DNA of 64,000 nt, taken from the IMG/VR virus record IMGVR_UViG_3300045012_000053, positions 37,361 through 101,360 of that record. One strand, 5' to 3'. Source of the stretch: a virus. Below the pieces are notes generated by a model. That model saw only the letters and a program-made list of their open reading frames with translations, was not told the DNA's origin and made no database searches. Below are positions 16,247-26,080 of this stretch, piece by piece (positions within the stretch are counted from its first letter, which is position 1; each line of letters starts with the position of its first letter). The position numbers were made by a program, and so were the translations under genes.

Positions 16247-17821
16247 ATGGCATACGGATATTTTTCAAGCTTGTCAACCGTACAGTTGCAGCACTTGGTT
16301 GATGTCGCGCAAACGTACGGTGACATAGAACCCGTACTCAACGCGGGCGGATTCACGCAGACCATCGCGCTCTCTTGCGCGAACACTGTGATGAACGATA
16401 TCTGCGCCGTAGCCTTCCCTCACAAGTGGAACGAGTTCGTCATCCCCCCTATTTACTCCAATAGCTTTCAGCAGGATTACGCGGTCGTAAACGCTGCGGG
16501 CGTGTCCGGAATCCTGACGCTCACATCGGTATCTCAAGTCTCGACCTCATCGAATACCACGACCTATCTCGGTACAATCGTTGGCGGTGACTTCGGTGGT
16601 TGGGTCGGTGTGCCGTTCGTGATCGCGGGCTTCACCAATTCGAACAACAACGGAACCTTCATGTGCGTCGCCTCATCGGCTGGCGCGCTCGTTCTACAAA
16701 ACACAGGGACCGTGGAAACTCATGCGGCGACTGCAATATCAGCCGCAGGCCCGCTGCTTAATATGTCGTGGTTGGAGCGCGGCGTCGGATTCGACATCAA
16801 TAACACGGCCATTCCGAAGCCGTTCGTTCGCATCGAGTGCGGACGTCAGCTACCACAGTTTACCGCGAGCTACACGGGCGGCGCGGGACTCGGCGACCCC
16901 GGCTTCCGCGTCAATTGGTTCCCGAACCGCACGCTGTACTACGGCACGTGGGGACAAGCCAATGTTGGCGGTGCTACGCTGGGGAACAACCCCGGCCCGG
17001 GTTCGCTGTACATCAACCCGCTCGGCGCTTCCATCAGCGCGGCCTCGTGGGTCGGCGGGCACGCTGCGTTCACAGTCAACTACATCCCGTCTACGGTCAC
17101 GCTCGGTTCGATTCTCACTGTCACCAGCGTGTTCCCGGTAGCCTACAACGGCAACTGGGTTGTCACCAACATCAGCGACTCGGTGCAGACTGCGCCCGTT
17201 ATCACGGTTACGATGGTTGCTAACCCCGGCACATACGAGTCGGGCGGCATCATCAATAACACTGCGCCTCTATCTCAGCCGGACAACCCGATCACTCAGA
17301 TCATTGACGCCAATGGAAACTTCTTGCTCCTAACCACGTATGGTACCGAGGGCACTACAGCGCCTCTAGCAGCTGCGAACGCGGTTCCCGGCACCACAGT
17401 GTCAGGAACTGGCGCAACGACTGTGTGGACGGTTCTTGACCCGAATGGGTGGGGCTTCCGCTTCTCTCCAGTTCCGTCTCAGACAGGCACCGAATGGCAG
17501 TTTAATCTGATCGCACAAATGAAGCCTGTTCGCTTCGTCAGCTTGAGCCAGACGCTGGCACCGTTGCCCGACGAATTCGAGCCACACTTTCGTGAAGGGT
17601 TTATTGCGCAGCTGTACAAGCGCTCCCCCGAGAAGGCGGTGTACGCGAAGTTCAAGGATATGTATCAGGTGTGGAAGGAATCTTTGAACAGCATGCGCGT
17701 GAAGGAAGACCGTGAGCTGGAAGAAAATAAGTTCATTCCCAGCCGCACCATCTTTGGCGCAGCACGTAGCCGCAATAACTTCCAAGGCGGCGCTTGGCCG
17801 TATAACTACCCGAGACCATAA
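16247..17821 (+). CDS. Head-tail adaptor-like virion protein with inserted beta domains
   Basis: Helical N- and C-termini (FPHKWN; LPDEFEPHF) around beta-rich inserts. Confidence 0.6.
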   Translation: MAYGYFSSLSTVQLQHLVDVAQTYGDIEPVLNAGGFTQTIALSCANTVMNDICAVAFPHKWNEFVIPPIYSNSFQQDYAVVNAAGVSGILTLTSVSQVSTSSNTTTYLGTIVGGDFGGWVGVPFVIAGFTNSNNNGTFMCVASSAGALVLQNTGTVETHAATAISAAGPLLNMSWLERGVGFDINNTAIPKPFVRIECGRQLPQFTASYTGGAGLGDPGFRVNWFPNRTLYYGTWGQANVGGATLGNNPGPGSLYINPLGASISAASWVGGHAAFTVNYIPSTVTLGSILTVTSVFPVAYNGNWVVTNISDSVQTAPVITVTMVANPGTYESGGIINNTAPLSQPDNPITQIIDANGNFLLLTTYGTEGTTAPLAAANAVPGTTVSGTGATTVWTVLDPNGWGFRFSPVPSQTGTEWQFNLIAQMKPVRFVSLSQTLAPLPDEFEPHFREGFIAQLYKRSPEKAVYAKFKDMYQVWKESLNSMRVKEDRELEENKFIPSRTIFGAARSRNNFQGGAWPYNYPRP

Positions 17822-17823
17822 TC

Positions 17824-18762
17824 ATGACTTTTACACTACAAAACACAATCAATTTCGTCGAGACCTACATTCAGTACGCGCCTCTCACAGCAGGTCTGGG
17901 GCAGGAGCCTGCGGTCTCAACAGGCTCTATGGTTCGCAACTCGATGCTGAACGCGCCGCTGACGTGGCAGTTCAATCGCAACGAGGTTACGTTTCCCACT
18001 GTTGTGGGACAGCAGGACTACACCTTAGCAACGATGCCAGATATGTCGTTCGTGGAAAAAGTCGCGCTGACAGATGATGCGGGCAACGTCTACGAAATCA
18101 AAGACATTTATAACAATTCAGCCTTGGCGGTTTCATCGTTTCAACAGCGTCCCAGCGCGGTGTCGGTAGAGTCTTCGTCCGTCATTACCAGCGTGTTGAA
18201 CTACAAGCTTCGTTTCCTCGGCGTGCCGGACAAGATTTATACCGTGACGGTGACCTATCAGAAGCTGGCTCCTCAGTTTGGGCCATACTTTATCACCTCT
18301 GCGGCGAACGCGGCTGGCGGCAACACGGTATACACGGGTAGCTTTGACCCTCTATCGTTCCCCACGGGCGCGACTGCGATCATCACCGGATTCAAGACCA
18401 ACGCGGTAAACAACGGCTCTTTCACTGTGGTGAGCGTCACGACTACGACGCTGACTCTTGCAAACGCGGCGGGCGTTGCGGAAACGATTTCGGCTTACGC
18501 GAACAACTTCTCGTGGGCACCCATCCCCGATCAGTATTCGGATGTTTACAACAATTTGTTCCTTTCGGAAGCTATGGCTGGCGTCGATGACGCTCGCGCG
18601 CAGCTTTACCGCCAGCGTGGAGTAGCCGCGTTGATGGCGAAGTCAACAGGCTTGACAGAAATGCAGAAGAACGCGTTCGCCCAACAGTGGCTGGCGCGCG
18701 GCACGGAACGCGCCGCAGCAGCAGGAATGGCGCAGATAGGAAATAACAGCAGAGGCGTTTAA
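17824..18762 (+). CDS. Head-tail adaptor / tail tubular A-like protein
   Basis: WQFNR...GQQDYTL...VPDKIYTV...IPDQY pattern. Confidence 0.65.
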   Translation: MTFTLQNTINFVETYIQYAPLTAGLGQEPAVSTGSMVRNSMLNAPLTWQFNRNEVTFPTVVGQQDYTLATMPDMSFVEKVALTDDAGNVYEIKDIYNNSALAVSSFQQRPSAVSVESSSVITSVLNYKLRFLGVPDKIYTVTVTYQKLAPQFGPYFITSAANAAGGNTVYTGSFDPLSFPTGATAIITGFKTNAVNNGSFTVVSVTTTTLTLANAAGVAETISAYANNFSWAPIPDQYSDVYNNLFLSEAMAGVDDARAQLYRQRGVAALMAKSTGLTEMQKNAFAQQWLARGTERAAAAGMAQIGNNSRGV

Positions 18763-18768
18763 AGACTA

Positions 18769-21700
18769 ATGACTACACTTGTTGAGAGCAGCGGAGGCGG
18801 ACCACAGAAGCAGCCCAAGTACGTTCCTATTTTCATGGACCGTGCCTTCACCGGGTTGTACACCCAGCGTGCGGTGCTGCACGACCCGTCCGACGTTTAC
18901 ACAGCAAGATTCTACGGCGGACGACCGGATGCACTTCTAGGCGGACGCAACATCGAGCTGACCAACCGTTTGACGTTGCAGCGTCGCCCCGGCATGAGTG
19001 TGTTCGGCGGCGGCTCGCTTTATCCGACCACCCCAGATCGTGCGTTCTCTTTCCAATTGTCTGACGGAACCATTCGCGTAATTATCGACACCTCGTCGAG
19101 CGGTCTGCTGACAGTTACCAGCGCTAACAACGCGTCTGCGGGCACCACGGTTTACAACGGCACGTTTCCCGGCGGCGGCTCGAACGGATATGTAGGACTA
19201 AAGTTTTTGATCGCGGGCTTCGGAACCAACGCGGGCAACAACGGTACGTTCACTGTAACGGCCTCAACAACAACGACATTGACGTTGAACAACCCGGCTG
19301 GTATCGCGGAAACAATCGCTGCGACAGCGATCACAGCGGGCGGCGTTTACTGGGATGAGCAGAACGGCAGCAAGGTTCTCTTGGTAGCCAAGTCTCCGGG
19401 CGCGGGCCAGATGTATTTCGTCTCCGTAGCTGGCATCCTTTACATGGGCGATGGCATTGACACGAGACAGTACACCCCGCTGAATTTGAACGGAACGATT
19501 TGGAACTGGGGAATTGTAGCACCGACGACCCAGCCGTCGGTTACGATCACATCTTCGGGCGCTGCGGCATCGAAGTGGCAAGCCTCGACCGTATTCTCAA
19601 CGATGGGTCTGACGCTCGACACGAACGCTACGCCGCAAATTTGGCAGGTCATCGGCACGAACGCGGACGGCTCTAACCCGTCCAATCCGCAGTTCGGCAC
19701 AACCGGAACGGGAGAACCGAACTGGGCATCCGCGACTGCGGAGGGTTCGACGCTGGTTGACGGCGGCGTTACGTGGCAGAACGCGGGTATCATGAACGAT
19801 TGGAAGGCCAATTCGTTCTACACCGATCTTGGATTTTTCGGCCACACTCCGGCTCCGTCGTTCGCAGATCCGGCGGCTATTGCGGTCGCGAACGTAAGCG
19901 CGATCTACGGTAACTATAAGAACTCTGGAAGCCTCGGGCAAACGGGAGCTGCGGCGAACGAGCCGCACTTCTCCGGCGTGTATCCGGGTTCGAGCTACTT
20001 CGACAACAACACGCACTGGTTCGCGGTTGGCAACTATTCGACACCTGCTGGCATGGCGCTGATGCGCTGGAAGCCGTCGCATGTGTACACAGGGTGGCAG
20101 GGCGGCGGCAGCACGCTGTCTTTGAATGGCACGCCAAACTTCATTCTAACAAACAATCTTCCTGCGCCGCCTCTCACAACGGTTTATATGTTCGTACCGA
20201 AGGTTGGCGGAACATCGTCGTCAGGCTACCAGCCGTTCCCCGCAAGCGCGGGAATCGGTACCACGGTCAGCGACGGACAGATTCAGTGGTTGAATCTCGG
20301 ACAAGGTGCGTGGCAGGCCAGCACGCCATACATTCAGTGGCAGGCTCAAGGCTTGACGTTCGGCGTAATTTGGGACGGAGCAAACTTTCAAGTCTGTATC
20401 GCAAGCGGAACCAGTGGGAGCCACATTCCGGGAACTACGCTCGCGACAGCGGTCAGCATCACGGCTGGTAACGCTTCGGGCGGCAACACGACGTACACGC
20501 TCGGCTCCGGCACATGGACCGTTACTCCGGCTGCGGGCGATCAGATCACATTCAGTGGATTTACGAACGCGGGAAATAACGGAACGTATCAGGTTGTGTC
20601 CGCAACAACGAACACAATAACGGTCAAGAACGCGCAAGGCGTCTCGGAAACGCACAGCGCCTCGGCAGCGTACACCGCGTGGGCAACCACGTACGGCGGA
20701 ACCACACAGGACGGCAGCATCACGTGGACCTGCGTAGGACAGAACGTTGCGTGGGCTGCGGCACAAACTTGGAATTTCCCTTCGGTAGGATTTCAGCCGC
20801 CCGGTCCCTCAGAGCCGTTCGGTGGTTCCGAGGTCGACGGCACAAACAACTTCGTTCAAGCTGTAATCGAATCAGGAACATCAGGCTCGGTTCAACCAAC
20901 ATGGGTCACCCCGTCTTCCATCCCGCCGACAGTAACGGATGGTACGATCACGTGGCAGGCGGTTGGACCTGTATCGACAAACTCGCTCTCGTGGTTGTTC
21001 GGTCTTGCATATGCATATGCATATAAGTCTCGAACGCTGACGGACGCTTATTCGCCTCTGCCATTGGGCGGCGGACTAGTTCCCCCGGGCAGTGTCGTTC
21101 TAGGACCGCCGTTCGGTTCCGAGACGGGCGCGATTTCATCCGCGTCGCCCGCAAATCAAATTATCGGAGCGAATTCTGGCGCGGTAAACACAATTTTAGG
21201 AAACTATTCGCCGGACCCACAGGTTGATACGATTGTCATCTATCGTTCCGCAGACAGCGCGAGCGGTGCTGCGGATATGTTTGAGCTAACAGAAATCCCG
21301 AACATCCCGTCTCAGGCTGGAATCTCGAAGTGGCAGTTCCAAGACTTCCTGCCCAGCGTTGCGAACAGCGTTTTCCCGGGCTTGAACATTCTTTTCCCGG
21401 CTCCGATTGACGGAGTCAACAATCCGCCGAACTCTGCGTTCCTTCCGATGGTATACAACTACCAGCGTATTTGGGGCGCGCTCGGACAGAGCGTGGCCTT
21501 TTCGGGAGGCCCGGACACGGAAGTTGGAAATCCGAATCAAGCGTTTAACGTTGCTGACAACCTTCCGTTCCTCGCTCCAGTCATCCGTCTTGTGAAGACG
21601 CCGCAAGGCATCGTCACATTCTTGACTGACAGTATTGAAATGATCGGCGGCGGTCCAGCAACTGCGACCTTCTTCTCGGTCACGATGGCACCGGGCGTGG

Positions 21701-22530
21701 GACTGTTATCTTACAACGCGTGCGACGTGTTTGCGGGAGAAATTTACTTCTTCTCCGCAGACAATATGTTCCGTGTAATCACTCCTGCGTTGAACCTTTC
21801 AAACTTTGGATTCCCGCTGGGCGATCAATTCGCTAATCAGCCGTCGTTCGGAAGTTTGGATACAACGTGGAACCCGAAGAACGTATACGTGGCGGTTCAC
21901 CAAAACGGCACCGACAACTGCATCTTTGTTGCGGACGGCTCAACTGGGTGGTACCGCTTGAACCCGCACCAAGTGCCGGGCGCTGCGCAAGGACCGGAAC
22001 CGATCTGGTCTCCGTTCGCGGCGATCACGGACGGTGTCAAGCTGGTTCAAAGCGTGGAAACATCTCCGGGCATTAAGCAGCTGCTTGCTGGCTCGGTTCT
22101 CCCAGCCGACAATCTAACGTTCCGCGATCTGACAGTCTTTCAAGACGAGGGCGTTTCATATGATGCGTTCTTCACGATGGGCAGTATCTCACTGGCTCAC
22201 CCGGGACAGCTAGCGCTCGTGAAATTCTTAGAGTTCGACTTCTCCGGAATTGGGTTTCAGCCGACCGTTAGCTATTTGCTCAACGAGATCAGCGGCACAT
22301 TCACGCCGTTCGTAAATGGTGCGAACGCGGTGCCTCAAGCCGACCCGCCGTCGATCTACGGGGCTACCTCTATCGCGACGAGCTACAGCCCGAACCGCTA
22401 TTACTTTAGTTCGAACCCGGTGCTTGCGCGCTGCCGTCACATGCAGGTGAAGGTTGATTACGGCACAAACGCAACCGGAAACGAGCTGTACAGCATGACG
22501 ATCTATGGTCGTCTAATGATCGAAACGTAA
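18769..22530 (+). CDS. Tail nozzle / stabilisation protein with inserted repeats
   Basis: 1253 aa; NIEL...LQRRPG N-terminus, propeller-like C-terminus, repeated DGxxTW modules. Confidence 0.7.
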   Translation: MTTLVESSGGGPQKQPKYVPIFMDRAFTGLYTQRAVLHDPSDVYTARFYGGRPDALLGGRNIELTNRLTLQRRPGMSVFGGGSLYPTTPDRAFSFQLSDGTIRVIIDTSSSGLLTVTSANNASAGTTVYNGTFPGGGSNGYVGLKFLIAGFGTNAGNNGTFTVTASTTTTLTLNNPAGIAETIAATAITAGGVYWDEQNGSKVLLVAKSPGAGQMYFVSVAGILYMGDGIDTRQYTPLNLNGTIWNWGIVAPTTQPSVTITSSGAAASKWQASTVFSTMGLTLDTNATPQIWQVIGTNADGSNPSNPQFGTTGTGEPNWASATAEGSTLVDGGVTWQNAGIMNDWKANSFYTDLGFFGHTPAPSFADPAAIAVANVSAIYGNYKNSGSLGQTGAAANEPHFSGVYPGSSYFDNNTHWFAVGNYSTPAGMALMRWKPSHVYTGWQGGGSTLSLNGTPNFILTNNLPAPPLTTVYMFVPKVGGTSSSGYQPFPASAGIGTTVSDGQIQWLNLGQGAWQASTPYIQWQAQGLTFGVIWDGANFQVCIASGTSGSHIPGTTLATAVSITAGNASGGNTTYTLGSGTWTVTPAAGDQITFSGFTNAGNNGTYQVVSATTNTITVKNAQGVSETHSASAAYTAWATTYGGTTQDGSITWTCVGQNVAWAAAQTWNFPSVGFQPPGPSEPFGGSEVDGTNNFVQAVIESGTSGSVQPTWVTPSSIPPTVTDGTITWQAVGPVSTNSLSWLFGLAYAYAYKSRTLTDAYSPLPLGGGLVPPGSVVLGPPFGSETGAISSASPANQIIGANSGAVNTILGNYSPDPQVDTIVIYRSADSASGAADMFELTEIPNIPSQAGISKWQFQDFLPSVANSVFPGLNILFPAPIDGVNNPPNSAFLPMVYNYQRIWGALGQSVAFSGGPDTEVGNPNQAFNVADNLPFLAPVIRLVKTPQGIVTFLTDSIEMIGGGPATATFFSVTMAPGVGLLSYNACDVFAGEIYFFSADNMFRVITPALNLSNFGFPLGDQFANQPSFGSLDTTWNPKNVYVAVHQNGTDNCIFVADGSTGWYRLNPHQVPGAAQGPEPIWSPFAAITDGVKLVQSVETSPGIKQLLAGSVLPADNLTFRDLTVFQDEGVSYDAFFTMGSISLAHPGQLALVKFLEFDFSGIGFQPTVSYLLNEISGTFTPFVNGANAVPQADPPSIYGATSIATSYSPNRYYFSSNPVLARCRHMQVKVDYGTNATGNELYSMTIYGRLMIET

Positions 22531-24290
22531 TGGCCGACAACTTCATAGACGAGAAGAAGGTACCCGAGAATCTGACGCCGATTGATGTACCTGCGACGGT
22601 TCCCGGGAGAGCGCCACTAGGTGCACCTGCGCCGCCTATCCCGCACAATATGCCGCAGTTCTTCTCAGGTTCTATGCCGCCGTCATTGCAGCACGACGTC
22701 AGCTTCGTGGGCACGGAAGTCGGGACACCGCGCATCGATAAGTATTCTTTGATGCCGTTCGGCAACCAAGCGAATCCATTCACGAACGCGGCAGCACAGA
22801 GTGCCGTGATTCAAACGGGTGGTTCGTCCACGCCTGTGGCTCCGTCCACGGACGTGGAGTCAATCGCGACCAACCTGCAAACGGGAACCAACTATACGGT
22901 TCAAGTGTCGGACTTGGACACGCTGATCTCGATCTCGAATTCATCTCCGGGGACGGTGATTCTGCCGGGACCCCCGGGCGGTTCGTTCGCGCACGTTCAA
23001 ACGGTGAACTTCAACGCGAGCGCGATGTCGGCTACCACGACGATCACGAACACGGCTGGCAATCTGATGGTGCTATCTGTCAAGACCAGCGACGGTGGTT
23101 TGACATACCCGACGGTTGTCGACAGTAACGGTAACACGTGGAGAAAGATCACGGTCGTTCTCGACGGTGGAAATATTCCAACGTCTCTCTGGTACGCTTA
23201 CAATATCGCGGGCGGTTCGAACACTATCGTCGTTACAAACATCTCGACAAGTTCGTTCTGCTTGCCGACCGTGTCCGAGTACTCGGGATTTTCGTCGGCT
23301 GACCCGCTCGATGCATTTGCAGACTATACAGACGCGGTTGGCACGCTGACGACGGTAGCAACAAATTGCGCTATTTATTCGGCCATCAACTGGGGAACGG
23401 TTTCCAACCCGACGTCTCCTGCGGGATGGACGCAGCGCTTCACCAATACAGAACAGCTAGTTCAAGATCGCCTCGCGCCTCTCGCGGCAACTACCGTAAC
23501 GGTGGACAGCGTTCCGACTGTGGCTGGTGGTGATACTGCGTCGGTTGCGGCCAGTTTCAAGACAACGAACGGCCCGAACTTCTCCCGGTTCCCCTCGGGA
23601 TGGTTCACGTACATTGAAAACCGGGGCACCGGAATCGTAATGGTAACATCGGCGGCTCTAATCGATGGCAGTTCCTCGGCCATTTCGCTCCCGCCAAACA
23701 CGGGCATTTTGGTTGTGTTCAACGGCGTGGGCTGGTACACAATGCGCGGCGTTCCGCCGGGCGTTCTGCCTCAAGGATTCACGCTCGTCTCGAACGAGTT
23801 CCTAACGTCGTACAACGCGGCAACCGGATTGTTCACAGCGGCCAAGGCAGCGTTCATCGGATTGTCGGATACTCCGGCCAGCTATTCAGGTTCGGGAAAC
23901 TTCGAGGTCGACGTCAACAGCGGCGCGACAGCGCTGGTGTTTAACCCGAGACCGTACGTTGTTTGCGCATTCGCTGGCGGCACGTACACGAACTCTCAGA
24001 TTATTTTGGCGTACCCGGTAGACCGTGCGGTAACGTTTGCTGCAAACTTCTCCGGTTCCAAGGCAACGCTGACTGCGGCTGTAACAGCCTCGACAACGTT
24101 CTTGGTTCAAAAGAACGGCTCGACCATCGGGACAATCGTGTTCGCATCCGGCACTACAGCGACTTCGTTTACAACTTCCGGCGGCACTGCACAGACGTTC
24201 GCTGCGGGCGATATTCTATCTGTTCTAGGTCCGGCATCAGCAGACGCCACAGCGGCAGGTCTCGGATTCTCGTTGCAGGGAACTAGATAA
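22530..24290 (+). CDS. Tail fibre / receptor-binding protein
   Basis: QTGTNYT...SDLDT and FIGLSDTPASY fibre motifs; T/S-rich. Confidence 0.7.
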   Translation: MADNFIDEKKVPENLTPIDVPATVPGRAPLGAPAPPIPHNMPQFFSGSMPPSLQHDVSFVGTEVGTPRIDKYSLMPFGNQANPFTNAAAQSAVIQTGGSSTPVAPSTDVESIATNLQTGTNYTVQVSDLDTLISISNSSPGTVILPGPPGGSFAHVQTVNFNASAMSATTTITNTAGNLMVLSVKTSDGGLTYPTVVDSNGNTWRKITVVLDGGNIPTSLWYAYNIAGGSNTIVVTNISTSSFCLPTVSEYSGFSSADPLDAFADYTDAVGTLTTVATNCAIYSAINWGTVSNPTSPAGWTQRFTNTEQLVQDRLAPLAATTVTVDSVPTVAGGDTASVAASFKTTNGPNFSRFPSGWFTYIENRGTGIVMVTSAALIDGSSSAISLPPNTGILVVFNGVGWYTMRGVPPGVLPQGFTLVSNEFLTSYNAATGLFTAAKAAFIGLSDTPASYSGSGNFEVDVNSGATALVFNPRPYVVCAFAGGTYTNSQIILAYPVDRAVTFAANFSGSKATLTAAVTASTTFLVQKNGSTIGTIVFASGTTATSFTTSGGTAQTFAAGDILSVLGPASADATAAGLGFSLQGTR

Positions 24291-24964
24291 TGTCACTGGC
24301 TTATGTTCAATCGAGTTCTGGATTTTCATCCGGCTCATCGTTCACGATAAACATCCCGGGAACCACGTTAGGCTCCTTGATTCTTTTGATGATCGTTACG
24401 GCTCCGGATACTGGCGGTCCAACAATCTCGTCCATCGTTGATACGTTCACGAACACTTATCACTTGATAGATTCGAATCACGACAACGCCAGCTTCGGTG
24501 GAAAGATTTATACCTACGCCTGCTATCAGAATGCTGGAAGCGGTGGAAACAATGTCACGGTGAATTTGTCCGGCGCGTCGACATTTCTTTTAATCGGTTA
24601 CGAGGAAATCACAGGACAGGATACGACGGCCCCTATCAGCGCGTTCGGGGCTTACCAGTATGTTTCATCTGGGACGTCGCCGTCCATTAATCCGGTGACC
24701 ACTACCTTTCTCAGTCAGATGGTATTGGGGTTTGGATATCAAGGGTCAAACTCAGCATCAACGCCGGGTTCAGGATATACAGTTCGAGCCGGATTTGCCA
24801 ACAGTTTTTTCACGGAAGATCAGCTGTTTTTTGGAACTGGAACTTTTACGCCGACAGCTACAAATAGCTCGGAAAAGTGGTTTGTTGGTTCGTTGGCAAT
24901 CAAACCAGCGGGTGCTGTACCGCCATCTTCCGGAGCAGGGACTATAGTGTTTGTGATAACATGA
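24290..24964 (+). CDS. Beta-rich tail accessory protein, paralogous to the central domain of 22530..24290
   Basis: Shared VQ...G.L..L...VD...NT...Y..N..GG.N.V.V...E..G pattern. Confidence 0.6.
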   Translation: MSLAYVQSSSGFSSGSSFTINIPGTTLGSLILLMIVTAPDTGGPTISSIVDTFTNTYHLIDSNHDNASFGGKIYTYACYQNAGSGGNNVTVNLSGASTFLLIGYEEITGQDTTAPISAFGAYQYVSSGTSPSINPVTTTFLSQMVLGFGYQGSNSASTPGSGYTVRAGFANSFFTEDQLFFGTGTFTPTATNSSEKWFVGSLAIKPAGAVPPSSGAGTIVFVIT

Positions 24965-25386
24965 TAGAATTCAGAGATTCAACAGCTCAAGATCAGCCGC
25001 AAATTCTTGCGTGGACGTTGGCTGACCCGTATCACGGCCATCAAGCGGAATACTCCGGGCCGGGATGGTGGTTGACCAATGCGGCTGGCAGTCTACTCGC
25101 CTTCTGTTTGAAAGATGAGCGTGGCCCCCTGAGTTACGTTCGTATCGATGCGGAAGGCGAGTACATTCGCATCCACATTCAGTTCGCGCCGGAGTCGGAA
25201 GTCTCGAAGCGCAGGTTGATAGCCGGGCTGATTACCGGGCTGAGAGCCATTAGAAAGTTTTACGAATCGTTCGGCGTGAAGGGGATGATCTTCAATTCGG
25301 TCAGTCCAACGCTGATAGCGTTCATGGAAAGACAAGGATTTAAGTCGGTGGGCAGTGATGACTATCGATTGGACTTCGAGGGATAA
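24961..25386 (+). CDS. GNAT-fold-like protein preceding the ejection genes
   Basis: IAFMERQGF motif; position like T7 gp13. Confidence 0.5.
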   Translation: MIEFRDSTAQDQPQILAWTLADPYHGHQAEYSGPGWWLTNAAGSLLAFCLKDERGPLSYVRIDAEGEYIRIHIQFAPESEVSKRRLIAGLITGLRAIRKFYESFGVKGMIFNSVSPTLIAFMERQGFKSVGSDDYRLDFEG

Positions 25387-25391
25387 TAAGC

Positions 25392-26069
25392 ATGTGCGGA
25401 CCATCGTCAAGTGAGAAGTCGTTACAGCAAGGGAGCGAAAATTTCTCCCAGTTGTTGAACAACAACTATCAAGCGCTGTACGGCAATCAAGCGGATGTTT
25501 TAAAGGAAATCGGCAACTCTCTTTCGCCGACTCTGGCTGCGGGACCTAGCCAGCAAGGGTTCAGCGCGGCTGAACTGGCTGCGCGCAATACGCAGGCCAT
25601 CAACAGCTCTGCTGCTGCGGGTCGTAACGCGGCGCAGGCGGCTCGTACGTTTGGCGCGGGTGAGGGCGGTGGCGGTACCAGCGGCTTGACATCCGGCATC
25701 ACCAAGCAGATCGAGGGCAGCATTGCGTCCCAGACAACGAACAACTTGGCGACCCAGCAGAACAACATCGTTAATGAGAACTACCAGCAAGGCAACCAGA
25801 ACTACTGGCGCGCGGAAGGTGGGCTGCAAACTCTCGGACAGCAGTACGGCAGCGCAGCGTCTTCGGCAGAGACCGGAGCCATCAACGAAAACGCAGACTC
25901 CTTTGGACAAGCATCTCAGATCACGAAGGAAAACAATCAGGAAGCGGAGACCATCGCGGGCGGTATTACTTCTCTCGCGGGCGCGGCAATTCCCTTCGCT
26001 AACAACAACAACTTTTTGAGCGGTCTCGGCGGCGGCAAAATATTTGGCCCCGGCGGATTCTTCGGATAA
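25392..26069 (+). CDS. Internal virion (ejection) protein 1
   Basis: MCG- start; Q/N/A/G-rich; Gly-rich hydrophobic C-terminus. Confidence 0.7.
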   Translation: MCGPSSSEKSLQQGSENFSQLLNNNYQALYGNQADVLKEIGNSLSPTLAAGPSQQGFSAAELAARNTQAINSSAAAGRNAAQAARTFGAGEGGGGTSGLTSGITKQIEGSIASQTTNNLATQQNNIVNENYQQGNQNYWRAEGGLQTLGQQYGSAASSAETGAINENADSFGQASQITKENNQEAETIAGGITSLAGAAIPFANNNNFLSGLGGGKIFGPGGFFG

Positions 26070-26080
26070 GGAATATATCA

